This document shows, one piece after another, positions 21,426-33,415 of a DNA stretch of 64,000 bases. Numbering within the stretch: the first letter of the stretch is position 1; each line of letters opens with the position of its first letter. The notes under the pieces were generated by a model. The model saw nothing but the letters and a program-made list of their open reading frames with translations. It was not told the origin of the DNA and made no database searches. Source of the DNA: an uncultured delta proteobacterium (GTDB taxonomy: Bacteria; Desulfobacterota; Binatia; UBA9968). The position numbers and the translations under genes were made by a program. The DNA lies in NCBI GenBank assembly GCA_963745835.1, contig CAVUZH010000025.1, positions 143,070-207,069 on the forward strand, read 5' to 3'.

Positions 21426-22382
21426 GTGGGCCTAGTGTTACACAAATCAATTAAGCAGGTCGTCAAAAGGCTCCTTGGCATGCGAACTGAGTCGCAACCA
21501 ATTCCAACACCAAACAAGACTCGGATATGGTCCATAGGAATTTACGCCGGGAAATCGCCGTTGGATCTCGGACCTGCGCACCCGGTCATCAATCCCGTTT
21601 TGACTAGCGATTCAGTATCGGACGTGCCTGCCAGCTTTGTTGCCGACCCTTTTATGCTGAAAGTGGATGGCACCTGGTTCATGTTTTTCGAAGTCATGAA
21701 CGAACAATCCGGCCGGGGAGAAATAGGCCTTGCGGTTAGCCAGGATGCCCTGCAGTGGCGCTATCAACAGATCGTGCTTAAGGAACCGTTTCATATGTCT
21801 TATCCCTATACGTTCGAATGGCAGAACGCGTACTACATGGTTCCTGAAACTTACCAGGCAAATTCCGTCAGATTGTATAAGGCAGTGGAGTTTCCTACCC
21901 GTTGGACACTCGTGACAACTTTGCTCAATGGGGATGACTTCGTCGATCCGACAATTTTTTATTTCAAAGATCGGTGGTGGCTTTTCACGGATCTTTCACG
22001 GCCGCCTTATTATGCGGGTACTCTTCGCCTGTTTCACGCTGCTCGGTTGGAAGGGCCCTGGGCTGAACATCCCAAGAGTCCTGTTGTGGAAGCAAATCCA
22101 CATATCGCCAGACCGGCCGGTAGAGTTGTAATTTGGGATGGGAGAGTCATCCGATACACCCAAGATTGCTGCCCCGAGTATGGCGTCCAGGTCCGGGCCT
22201 TCGAGATCACGGAACTGACATTAACAACGTATCGCGAACAGGCAGTCGATCTTCCGCCGGTAATCCAAGCCGGTAGTAACAACTGGAACCAGTCGGGAAT
22301 GCATCATGTGGACCCCCATTACATAGACGATGGGCAATGGATCGCATGTGTAGATGGATGGTATTCGAAAGAGCTGAGCTGA
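21426..22382 (+). CDS. Five-bladed beta-propeller glycoside hydrolase-like protein (GINT1_N-like)
   Basis: FVADPF, FHMSYP, MVPET, VDPTI, ARPAGR, QDC..YG, GMHHVD. Confidence 0.75.
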   Translation: MGLVLHKSIKQVVKRLLGMRTESQPIPTPNKTRIWSIGIYAGKSPLDLGPAHPVINPVLTSDSVSDVPASFVADPFMLKVDGTWFMFFEVMNEQSGRGEIGLAVSQDALQWRYQQIVLKEPFHMSYPYTFEWQNAYYMVPETYQANSVRLYKAVEFPTRWTLVTTLLNGDDFVDPTIFYFKDRWWLFTDLSRPPYYAGTLRLFHAARLEGPWAEHPKSPVVEANPHIARPAGRVVIWDGRVIRYTQDCCPEYGVQVRAFEITELTLTTYREQAVDLPPVIQAGSNNWNQSGMHHVDPHYIDDGQWIACVDGWYSKELS

Positions 22383-22404
22383 GAATCTAGCAGTTGGTGA
22401 CACA

Positions 22405-23853
22405 GTGGCAGAGCGAATGCGTGATAAATTCACATCTAGGTTTAAACGGCGTCTTAAAAACAATCCGCTCGTAATGCTTGCCCGTGATGCGAAGAATTTC
22501 GTCGGTTACACGGTTCGCGAATTTAACGGATTCGACAGAAAACAGATTACCGTCAAACCGGCAAAGGCCAGCCGTGGAAAGGTGCTTCTCTGTTACGAGA
22601 ATAAGGCATTTTTCGCTAAGCCCGGGGAGAAACTGCCGGCTGACCATACCAACCGCTGGGAGTCGCTGCAGATAGCGCAGACTTATCTCAGACTCGGGTA
22701 TGAAGTGGATGTGATAGGTGAAAACAACCAGCATTTCGTCCCTGCAAAGAATTATTCGTTTTTCGTGGGTAATCGCATCAACTTCAATCGAATTGCAGAA
22801 TTAATAAACGAAGATTGTGTTAAAATACTTCATATCGATACGGCCCATTGGTTGTTCCATAACACGGCCCAACACCAGCGGCTTCTCTCGTTGCAGCAGC
22901 GAAGAAAAGTGACCTTGCCGACACGAAGATCTTTGAACCCAAATACAGCCATCGAGTGTGCGGACTTTGCAACTATTCTCGGCAATGAGTTCACCATCAG
23001 CACTTATCAGTACGCCAATAAACCAATGTATCGTGTGCCGATTTCCGCACCGGTCGAGTATCCCTGGCCGGAAGACAAGGATTTTGATGTTAGCCGCCGG
23101 CATTTCTTATGGTTCGGTAGCGCTGGGTTTGTTCACAAAGGACTGGATTTGGTTTTGGAGGCCTTTGCTGAGATGCCGGATTACCAGCTGACCGTTTGCG
23201 GACCAATCGATCATGACAGGGAATTCAAGAAAGCCTATTATAGGGAACTTTACAGCACCTCTAACATTCACACCATTGGATGGGTTGACATCGAGAGCCG
23301 TCAATTCCGGGAAATTACCGGCCGTTGCATCGCCTTGATCTATCCTTCCTGTTCAGAGGGCCAAAGCGGGGGAGTCGTCACGTGCCTGCACGCCGGCCTT
23401 ATACCGATCATAAGCTATGAATCGGGCGTGGATGTTGACGGCTTCGGCGTTGTTTTGAGAAATTGCTCTACAGAAAACATCAAGAATTCAGTTCAATTGG
23501 TTTCCGGTTTCTCATCTAATGAACTTGAAAGCAGGGCACGTAAGGCCTGGGAATACTCCAGAGCGAATCATACGAGAGAAAGATTTGCAGAAGAGTACCG
23601 AAAGAGCATATCGGCGATTCTCACTCGCCTTGGTCACCAAGAACGAACGGTAGAAGAAAGGACAAGTCTTGTCTCTCAGCAGAGTACTCCTTTTTCCGGG
23701 ACTCGGGATTTAGCGATCCGTTCTCATCGCGGGATGGCAGGATACCGATCGAATTGGGATCCTGAGATCTCGAAGCTTGCTGGTATGCTGCTGCTTAGCC
23801 GGAAAAGCTCCTCTAGAAACTTGGGGAAAAAAGGCGAAAAAGCATTCGATTGA
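22405..23853 (+). CDS. GT4-like glycosyltransferase
   Basis: HKGLDLVLEAF, YPSCSEG, HAGLIPII. Confidence 0.85.
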   Translation: MAERMRDKFTSRFKRRLKNNPLVMLARDAKNFVGYTVREFNGFDRKQITVKPAKASRGKVLLCYENKAFFAKPGEKLPADHTNRWESLQIAQTYLRLGYEVDVIGENNQHFVPAKNYSFFVGNRINFNRIAELINEDCVKILHIDTAHWLFHNTAQHQRLLSLQQRRKVTLPTRRSLNPNTAIECADFATILGNEFTISTYQYANKPMYRVPISAPVEYPWPEDKDFDVSRRHFLWFGSAGFVHKGLDLVLEAFAEMPDYQLTVCGPIDHDREFKKAYYRELYSTSNIHTIGWVDIESRQFREITGRCIALIYPSCSEGQSGGVVTCLHAGLIPIISYESGVDVDGFGVVLRNCSTENIKNSVQLVSGFSSNELESRARKAWEYSRANHTRERFAEEYRKSISAILTRLGHQERTVEERTSLVSQQSTPFSGTRDLAIRSHRGMAGYRSNWDPEISKLAGMLLLSRKSSSRNLGKKGEKAFD

Positions 23854-23947
23854 ACGAGGCCAACGATTACTCGTTCGATTTGTTAAGACCGACTCTCGTC
23901 GCCGTCAAGCTTAGGTTACGGTGCGAGTATCGAGAAGGACTCTTAAA

Positions 23948-25954
<2,007 letters not shown>

Positions 25955-26189
25955 AGTCAATCGTCTGAACGGAATCGGGTAGAGTGTTACCCCGCTCCAT
26001 CTTAACGGCCGGTAGACGATTAACGAAAGCTGCGGACTTTGTTAATGCTTCTACGAGTCCGGTCAGCAGATTATTCTACTAGAGTTTCACCTCAGCAGTT
26101 CACAGTTTACCAGATCCCATTCTTTCCATTATCATAATCGCCAAGGACCGCACAGCCACGCTCGAAGACAACACTTGAGGCAAAATTAA

Positions 26190-28115
26190 ATGTTGAAAGA
26201 AATCACCCTGAAATATCGGCGGATTCCGATTGTCGCTTTCCATATGGCTTTGATCGTTGTGGCCAATTACCTGGCCTTCTGGATCCGATTCGACGGCGCG
26301 ATTCCGGCTCACGAAAAGGAAATCATGCTGCGGATGATTCCCTGGTTGATGTTGATCCGCGGCCTGACCTTCGTGCCATTTCAGCTCTACAAAGGCTTAT
26401 GGCGCTATACGGGAATCTGGGACCTCCGCAATGTTATCGCCGGGGTGCTCGTGAGCACCGCATTGTTCTACATCACTGTTCATTGGATATTCACGGCCAA
26501 AAACTATCCTCTCTCGATCTTTATCATTGACTCTCTTCTGCTCATTTTTCTTATGGGCGGCAGCCGTTTGACCCGCCGTCTGGTTTACGGCATCGGCCAG
26601 GCAAAGGAAGGCCGGCGGCTGTTGATCTATGGCGCCGGAGACGCCGGAGAAATGATAGTTCGGGATATAAGGAACAATTCTTCTTTTTACGGTTACCAGC
26701 CCATCGGCTTTGTCGATGACGATTCGAAAAAGATCGGCCGCAGAATTCATGGTGTTCAGGTCTTCGGCAGGAGAGAAGATCTACCCCGGATTATCACAGA
26801 GGAAAAGCCCGACGAGCTTGTGATCGCCATCCCATCGGCCAAGCCGGTGATGGTTCGTGAAGTGGTCAAGATCCTCGAGCCGTTCAAGATTCCGATCAGG
26901 ACCCTTCCGCGAATTAGCGAACTGCGAAACGGCAACGTCGGCGTTAAGCAGATGCGCGACCTAGCCATTGAGGATTTGCTTGATCGAGCCCCGGTTGGTT
27001 TGGATCTCGAACCGGTGCGGACGTTAGTTAAGGGGAAGCGGATACTCGTCACAGGCGCGGGCGGCTCGATCGGTTCCGAGCTGAGCCGGCAGATTGCACG
27101 ATATCAACCGGCGCAGTTGGTTCTTCTAGACAATGGAGAAAGCGCTCTCTACGATATCAACACTGAGCTCGACCGCTCAGTGCAGCGCGTCGAGCGTGTG
27201 GCGGTCCTTGCCGATATCAGAGATGCACGAGCCATCGAAGAAATTTTTGCATCCCATGCTCCGCAAATTGTCTTTCACGCAGCAGCGTACAAACATGTGC
27301 CGATGATGGAAACCCATCCCAACGAAGCAGTCCTCAATAATGTGGTTGCAACCAATCGGCTGATGCGGTTTGCCATTCAATATCAAGTCGAAAGGTTCGT
27401 GCAGATTTCCACCGACAAGGCGGTCAATCCAACCAACGTGATGGGAGCTACTAAACGGGTCGCCGAAATGTGCATACAGGCTTTGGCAAAGAGCGAACAA
27501 AGCCAAACGATTTTCACCGCCGTTCGCTTTGGTAATGTGTTGGGCAGCAACGGCAGTGTGGTGCCCTTGTTTCTAAAGCAAATCGAACAAGGCGGGCCCG
27601 TAACCGTCACCGACCCCGAGATCAGCCGCTATTTCATGACGATCCCCGAAGCAGTATTGCTGGTGCTGCAAGCGGCGACACTAGCTAAAGGCGGCGACAT
27701 CTTCGTCCTGGAAATGGGTGAGCAGATCAAACTCATGGACATGGCGCGCCATCTCATTCGGCTGGCCGGCTTCGTTCCGGAAGAGGACATCCCAATTCAC
27801 CTCGTCGGTCTTCGACCCGGCGAAAAACTCCGTGAAGAGTTGGTCGGCATGGACGAGATGCTGATCCCTGCAGAGGTTCAAAAAATATTTCGGGTGCAAT
27901 CTGCGTGGCTTGCGGATCTGCGGTTTCTCACAGCCAAAATTGACGAAATGGAAGAGATGGCACTTAAAGGCCAGTCCCGGCGAGCTTTAGCATTGCTGTA
28001 CGAGACCGTACCGACTTTCCGGCCGGTGGATCCCAAGACTGCAAAGCAAATCCGTCATCAAGGAACAAACAAAGAACCGACCCGCGCTTGGAAATTCGCT
28101 AGCCGCTCGGCGTGA
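26190..28115 (+). CDS. Membrane-anchored UDP-GlcNAc 4,6-dehydratase (PglF/WbpM/CapD family)
   Basis: 4 [51 protein letters not shown]. Confidence 0.94.
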   Translation: MLKEITLKYRRIPIVAFHMALIVVANYLAFWIRFDGAIPAHEKEIMLRMIPWLMLIRGLTFVPFQLYKGLWRYTGIWDLRNVIAGVLVSTALFYITVHWIFTAKNYPLSIFIIDSLLLIFLMGGSRLTRRLVYGIGQAKEGRRLLIYGAGDAGEMIVRDIRNNSSFYGYQPIGFVDDDSKKIGRRIHGVQVFGRREDLPRIITEEKPDELVIAIPSAKPVMVREVVKILEPFKIPIRTLPRISELRNGNVGVKQMRDLAIEDLLDRAPVGLDLEPVRTLVKGKRILVTGAGGSIGSELSRQIARYQPAQLVLLDNGESALYDINTELDRSVQRVERVAVLADIRDARAIEEIFASHAPQIVFHAAAYKHVPMMETHPNEAVLNNVVATNRLMRFAIQYQVERFVQISTDKAVNPTNVMGATKRVAEMCIQALAKSEQSQTIFTAVRFGNVLGSNGSVVPLFLKQIEQGGPVTVTDPEISRYFMTIPEAVLLVLQAATLAKGGDIFVLEMGEQIKLMDMARHLIRLAGFVPEEDIPIHLVGLRPGEKLREELVGMDEMLIPAEVQKIFRVQSAWLADLRFLTAKIDEMEEMALKGQSRRALALLYETVPTFRPVDPKTAKQIRHQGTNKEPTRAWKFASRSA

Positions 28116-28309
28116 TTGATTGAAGCAATCATCACGGAATCGGAGCGCGCGCAGCGGATCACGAAAAGTGATGACGACCAGATCATTAGAATCGTTGTTC
28201 TTGCATCTCGCTGCCTGCTGAGAGATGAAAAGAGCAACAAGCTGGAACAGCGTGTCGTAGTGGCACCGCCGTGCCTCTCAATCGGGCGAAGTGATCATCG
28301 TAGGTTCTG

Positions 28310-28645
28310 ATGCCACGGCCAATAACCAGCTCAAAGCTCAGGGGGTTGCGTATGAAACGGCGGACGGGCGTTCAGAGCAGGCTGGTGGAAGGCGAAATGA
28401 TCGTTCTGGATAGAGAGCACGACTTGATCCATCAATTCAATAAAACTGCGACTTTCATTTGGGAACATTGCGATGGGCAACGGTCGGCCGCCGATATTGC
28501 GAATGCGGTTTGTGAAAGTTTTGAAGTCGATGAAGCCACGGCTACCAAGGAGGTCATTGAAACTCTCGAGAGGTTGCAAAATTTAGAGCTCATTGGAGAT
28601 GATCAGACAAACGACAAACCAGAAAGGAGAATTAATTATGTCTGA
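28310..28645 (+). CDS. Stand-alone PqqD-family RiPP recognition element (RRE)
   Basis: EGEMIVLD..IHQFNKTATFIWE.CDG..S..DIA..CESFEV...A..EV...LE.L...LI; alternative start ATG 28352. Confidence 0.88.
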   Translation: MPRPITSSKLRGLRMKRRTGVQSRLVEGEMIVLDREHDLIHQFNKTATFIWEHCDGQRSAADIANAVCESFEVDEATATKEVIETLERLQNLELIGDDQTNDKPERRINYV

Positions 28646-28823
28646 GGTTAAAATAAAGCGTAGAGAGTTCGTCAAAAGAGCGGCCTATGCGGCGCCGGTG
28701 ATCTTGACTCTTAAGGCTATGCCGGCATTTGCTGCTTCCGGTTCCGGCAGTCCCCGGAGCTCCAAAGGAGACCCTTCCGAGAAAAAGGCGACGAAAGCCC
28801 CAGCCAAGAATGAAGTTCAATAA
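28638..28823 (+). CDS. 61-aa putative RiPP-like precursor or secreted peptide
   Basis: Strong RBS AAAGGAG; overlaps the PqqD stop; KRREFVK, YAAPVILTL, AFA then Ser-rich SGSGSPRSS. Confidence 0.75.
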   Translation: MSEVKIKRREFVKRAAYAAPVILTLKAMPAFAASGSGSPRSSKGDPSEKKATKAPAKNEVQ

Positions 28824-28878
28824 AGAAGGCGCGCAAATGTGACGCTAGTTCCTCGCACCCTCGGCGCTCTATGATCCC

Positions 28879-29748
28879 GTGAACGATTGCCAGAAGCTAG
28901 TTTTCCGGATAGTAGGCTGCGTTGTGGAAATCGATTGCCGAGATCGGCCAGCCGCCGAGCTGATACGCGCCAACTATGCCGCCATGCAATCCCACCAGGG
29001 TGCCAAACCAGATCTCGAGTATGAGGTCTGGCGGCGCAATGGTTCACAATTTTGCGTAGCTCGGCAGGGGCGCGAGCCGATAACCGCGGCTGATGAAGGT
29101 GAGCTTCTTTTTATATTGGAAAAGGAGCTCACCATCGAACTACAAAAAATCCGCCGAGAACTGTATTTCCTTCACGCCGCCGCATTGAGCCTAGCAGGCC
29201 GGGGCTTGTTGATCGTGGCAGCCTCCGGTACCGGAAAATCGACGACTGCCTGGGCGCTGTTACATCACGGGTTCGATTACTTGAGTGACGAGCTAGCTCC
29301 CGTGGCTTTGGATTCTGTGCAGGTACAACCTTATCCACATGCGCTCTGCTTAAAAAGGGAGCCGCCGCTGCCGTACTCGCTGCCGGTGCGAAGCGTGCGC
29401 ACCTCATCAACTCTGCACGTGCCCGTCACGCAAATGCCGAATTCCGCTGTTTCGCAAACGATGCCGTTGAGTGCAATGTTCTTTCTTGAGTACTGCCCGG
29501 AATTGGAGATCCCGACCGCCCGTACGATCACTAAAGCTGAAGCGGCAGCGCGGTTGTTTGTGAATGCATTGAATCCCCTGGCTCATGAGCAAGACGGGCT
29601 CGCTGGTGCCGCAATCATAGCTCAGAGCGTTCCAGCTTTTCACCTTAAATCGGCAGAACTTGGTCTGACTTGTGAACTAGTGAAAGCGATTCTATCTGAA
29701 CTAGATGTTAACACACGCACGAATCCGTCCGATAATCACCGCTGTTAG
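28879..29748 (+). CDS. HPr-kinase-like serine kinase
   Basis: LHAAA, Walker A AASGTGKSTT, YLSDE. Confidence 0.85.
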   Translation: MNDCQKLVFRIVGCVVEIDCRDRPAAELIRANYAAMQSHQGAKPDLEYEVWRRNGSQFCVARQGREPITAADEGELLFILEKELTIELQKIRRELYFLHAAALSLAGRGLLIVAASGTGKSTTAWALLHHGFDYLSDELAPVALDSVQVQPYPHALCLKREPPLPYSLPVRSVRTSSTLHVPVTQMPNSAVSQTMPLSAMFFLEYCPELEIPTARTITKAEAAARLFVNALNPLAHEQDGLAGAAIIAQSVPAFHLKSAELGLTCELVKAILSELDVNTRTNPSDNHRC

Positions 29749-29779
29749 CATCGTCGGCTCTGGTTGATAGTCTCAGTTC

Positions 29780-30865
29780 ATGTCCAGCCGTCATCCGCAA
29801 CTGATCTTGCTCCTCGAGGCAATCTCGAGCAACCGGGAAGATCTGGCGCTCGATGAGTTCGACGCCATCACGGTTGCTTGGGCGATCCGAAACGGCCTCG
29901 GACCGTTGTTGTATCGCGCCGTGCGCCGAAACTCTCAAAGCTTGGCGAATTCTCACTGGAGTTCGCTCAAGGCGGCGGATCTGACCGCCCGGATTGTTAT
30001 TGGAGAACATTTTCAAGCGTTGCAAGAAATTGGCGATGCGTGCCGATCAAGTCTTCCTCCCTTGACGTTGCTGAAGGGCATTTCAATCAGTGAACAATGT
30101 TATCCCGAGCCGCATCTGCGGCTCATGCGCGACATAGATTTTTTGGCTGCAAAAGAATCACTGCCGGCTGTCACTGCTGCGCTGCATCAACTTGGCTATC
30201 GGCAGCTGTCAAATGGCGGAGTACGGTATGATAAGCATCATCACCTTGAACCATTTTTTCATCAAGACAAGCAGGTGTGGGTCGAGGTTCACCACGGCTT
30301 GTTCTCGGCCCAGCGCCGAGCCGGCAGCGCCAAGGTCTTTGGTCGGGAGAATCTCGCGGCGCAATCACGACCCTCTCGATTTCAAGGCATGGAGGTCCGC
30401 CGCTTGAGTCTAGAGCTGCAACTGGTTTACTTAGCCTCTCACTGGGCACAAGACTTCATCAGGATTGGCGGCGTGGTGGCACTCGCCGACACAATTTACT
30501 TGTTGAAGCACGCCGGGACCGACTTCCAATGGGAGTGGATCCTGAGAGCCGTCAATCGCTCAATTCCGGCAACGTATCTCTACCTGTTGCTCAGTTATAT
30601 GGTCCGTTATGATCTGGTCAAAGTTGCTCCAGAGGTCATGCGTGAGCTGGCATTCAGCCAGCCATCGTTCGGCAGCCTAGGCCTTAAGACGATGCATCGC
30701 ATGATCGATGACTATATCGTGAAAGCAACAGAGTTCGGGCCATTGTTGAGCGAACGGTCGGTAGGCATCATCTGGAAAACCTTGATGCTGCCTGGGCCAA
30801 CTCTGCCGAAGCTCGTATTGATTCCGCTAAATATTTCACTGCCTCAATATTGCCGCATTCAATAA
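29780..30865 (+). CDS. Uncharacterised nucleotidyltransferase (NTP_transf_5-like)
   Basis: LLKG, YPEPHLRLMRDIDFL (DxD), VEVHH. Confidence 0.85.
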   Translation: MSSRHPQLILLLEAISSNREDLALDEFDAITVAWAIRNGLGPLLYRAVRRNSQSLANSHWSSLKAADLTARIVIGEHFQALQEIGDACRSSLPPLTLLKGISISEQCYPEPHLRLMRDIDFLAAKESLPAVTAALHQLGYRQLSNGGVRYDKHHHLEPFFHQDKQVWVEVHHGLFSAQRRAGSAKVFGRENLAAQSRPSRFQGMEVRRLSLELQLVYLASHWAQDFIRIGGVVALADTIYLLKHAGTDFQWEWILRAVNRSIPATYLYLLLSYMVRYDLVKVAPEVMRELAFSQPSFGSLGLKTMHRMIDDYIVKATEFGPLLSERSVGIIWKTLMLPGPTLPKLVLIPLNISLPQYCRIQ

Positions 30866-30909
30866 TTTCTCAATTATTTAAAAAATCGTGTCGAAGGGGG
30901 AGAAGTTCT

Positions 30910-32274
30910 ATGAATTATGATGCAGAGGCTGCGATATCTTCCAAGGAGCAGCCAATCACTCATCGATCACAAATGGGCCGGGAGCTCAAGAAGAAGATTC
31001 GCGATCGTTCTGCTAAAGTGGGTGTCGTCGGTCTTGGATATGTCGGATTGCCTTTGGCTTTGGAGATGGCGCGGGCCGGGTTCGAAGTGACCGGTATCGA
31101 TCTCGTTAGGGATAGAGTCGATTCGATTAATTCCGGTATCTCCTATATTCCTGATGTGACTGGCGAAGCTTTGCTCTCGGCTGTTTCGGCCAACAGGCTG
31201 CGAGCAACTCAGTCGCTTTCGGCGGCGGAGAAAGTCGATACTCTAAATATTTGTGTGCCCACCCCGTTGCGCAAGAACAAGGATCCGGATCTTTCCTACG
31301 TCATCGCCGCAGTCGAGGCGATCCGGACTCACATACGGCCCGGCCAACTGATTATACTCGAGAGTACGACTTATCCGGGTACAACTCGGGAGGTGGTGTT
31401 GCCGATCCTCGAAGAATCGGGTCTCAACGTCGGGCGTGACTTTTTTCTCGCTTATTCTCCTGAACGGGTCGATCCCGGCAATCAGAATTATACTACCCGT
31501 AACATTCCCAAAGTAGTCGGCGGCGTGACTCCGAGATGCGCCGAGATAGCGGTTCTGCTTTATGAGCAATTCGTGGAGAAGGCGTTGCCGGTATCCTCCA
31601 CCGATTGCGCTGAAATGGTAAAGCTGTTGGAAAACACCTTTCGAAGCGTGAATATCGCTCTGGCCAATGAAATGGCTTTGACGTGCCATTCGCTGGGCAT
31701 CGATGTTTGGGAAGTTATCGAAGCGGCCAAGACCAAACCTTTCGGGTTCATGCCGTTTTACCCGGGCCCAGGATTAGGTGGCCATTGCATTCCGGTGGAT
31801 CCCTATTATTTGACATGGCGAGCCAAGATGAACGGCTGCGAGCCACGGCTGATTGAGTTGGCCGGACACATCAACAGCCAGATGCCGGGATTCACTGTAT
31901 TAAGCATCGCCGATGCGTTGAATGAGAGGCGTAAGTGTTTGCGAGGCGCCAAGATTCTCGGCTTGGGAGTCACCTACAAGCGTGATACCAACGATGTCCG
32001 GGAATCACCGGCCGTTCATGTGCTTGAAGCGCTGCGTAAAAAGGGCGCTTCGATCTGTTATTCTGATCCGCACGTGTCGTCAATATCGATTGCTGGTCAA
32101 ACGATCAACTCGGTAGAACTGACCGCTGAACTCCTGCAGTCAATGGACTGTGTTGCTGTTCTCACCGATCATTCCTCTTTCGATTACTCGCTGATTGCGC
32201 AACACAGTTCACTCATTTTCGACACCCGGAACGCGCTTAAAGACTTCCCTAGCGCTAACTCAGTTCTCTTGTAG
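30910..32274 (+). CDS. UDP-N-acetylhexosamine 6-dehydrogenase (WbpA/WecC-like)
   Basis: GLGYVGLP, CVPTP, ESTTYPG, SPER, KLLEN, GGHCIPVDP, D.RESP. Confidence 0.93.
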   Translation: MNYDAEAAISSKEQPITHRSQMGRELKKKIRDRSAKVGVVGLGYVGLPLALEMARAGFEVTGIDLVRDRVDSINSGISYIPDVTGEALLSAVSANRLRATQSLSAAEKVDTLNICVPTPLRKNKDPDLSYVIAAVEAIRTHIRPGQLIILESTTYPGTTREVVLPILEESGLNVGRDFFLAYSPERVDPGNQNYTTRNIPKVVGGVTPRCAEIAVLLYEQFVEKALPVSSTDCAEMVKLLENTFRSVNIALANEMALTCHSLGIDVWEVIEAAKTKPFGFMPFYPGPGLGGHCIPVDPYYLTWRAKMNGCEPRLIELAGHINSQMPGFTVLSIADALNERRKCLRGAKILGLGVTYKRDTNDVRESPAVHVLEALRKKGASICYSDPHVSSISIAGQTINSVELTAELLQSMDCVAVLTDHSSFDYSLIAQHSSLIFDTRNALKDFPSANSVLL

Positions 32275-32371
32275 AATTCATCTCCTGATCTGTACAAGTC
32301 CATCCGCTCGTGAAACCAAACTTTCTTCCTCGCCATATAGAATGGCGGCCACCTGTAACGCGAGGCCAATC

Positions 32372-32848
32372 ATGAAAGAGCCATCGATCGAAGAATTAAC
32401 GGATGAGGCCATGCAGCTCCTGCCAATGGGGCTTGAGGAGCTATACATGATATTGGGGGCTCAGCTGTTAATTTCGGCCAAGCCCACCCGAGTGGCGGGA
32501 ATCATGACCTATCTATCTGCTGCCAGAAAGGCAAAGGAAGCCAAGGAGCTTTACGCTACCTCGCCAGTGACGCCGACGGCAGCTGATTGGAGCGCCGGAC
32601 TGGAATCGATTTACATCGAGCTGATTCGCGATGGCGTCCAATACATCGAAGATGTCAAACAAGAACTTCGAAGGGGTGTTTGCAACGAAGACATCTTCGC
32701 GCTTTCGGAGAAAATAGACAGCTCAGGTATGCAAATAGTCGTGATGGTAATAGGCGCGGTTTTGAAGATGCCGCCGCAATTTGAAAATATGTCCGCAGTG
32801 CTGGCAGCCATTCTCTACAAAATAGGTTTACGCGAATTCTGCAGGTGA
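32372..32848 (+). CDS. Hypothetical helical protein
   Basis: Open frame with protein-like composition; no recognised motif; start uncertain. Confidence 0.55.
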   Translation: MKEPSIEELTDEAMQLLPMGLEELYMILGAQLLISAKPTRVAGIMTYLSAARKAKEAKELYATSPVTPTAADWSAGLESIYIELIRDGVQYIEDVKQELRRGVCNEDIFALSEKIDSSGMQIVVMVIGAVLKMPPQFENMSAVLAAILYKIGLREFCR

Positions 32849-33415
32849 TCTCCTTCAGGGATGCATGTCAGCCCTACAACACCTTACCTGATGTGTCCCG
32901 TGTGTGGCACACGACTTCGATTAATGTCCCGAATTTACTACAATCCCTGCCGTTTGAAACGACAGTCCGTGATCGAACGCATCATAAGGCAGAGGCATAT
33001 ACTTTGCTGTAGGTGTACTCAAATGAACGGCAAGCGGTCCAATCTGTGAGCATTGTGGTGAATTGTACCAAGGCAGAGCTTATCGTGTAACGAGCGAAGA
33101 GGATGGTATCCTTTTGCTAGACATGATTGTCTGTCATTCGTGTTCTATTGAGGCGCGCAGGTTAGGCCTCGATACCAGGACACACGACATTCGTCACATC
33201 GCTTTCAACTAGTTTACTTTTAAGTCCCTTTCAGATAAACCCCTAATCGTCAGAGCGGATTAGGAGATGGTTTCTCTTGTCCTTCATTATGCCTACGAGC
33301 AAACCAAGGACCTTGTCACATAGTAGAATGAAGCAAACTGCGGCGTTAAATGCTACGGAGTATCCGGACGCCGCCAAGCCCTTAAGGGCTGGACTAGTAG
33401 AAGCAGGAACTGCGA

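Noticed and set aside
28310-30865. Canonical lasso peptide or PQQ biosynthesis cluster
   Set aside because: No transglutaminase-like B2 protease, adjacent cyclase or radical SAM/PqqBCE genes; the peptide lacks the PqqA ExxxY motif.
32905-32920. TGGCAC-ACGAC-TTCGA
   Set aside because: Good -24 element but no GC at -12.
33104-33118. sigma54-like TGGTATCCTTTTGC (similar near-matches at 4450, 28261 and 59846)
   Set aside because: GG-to-GC spacing is 9, not the required 10.
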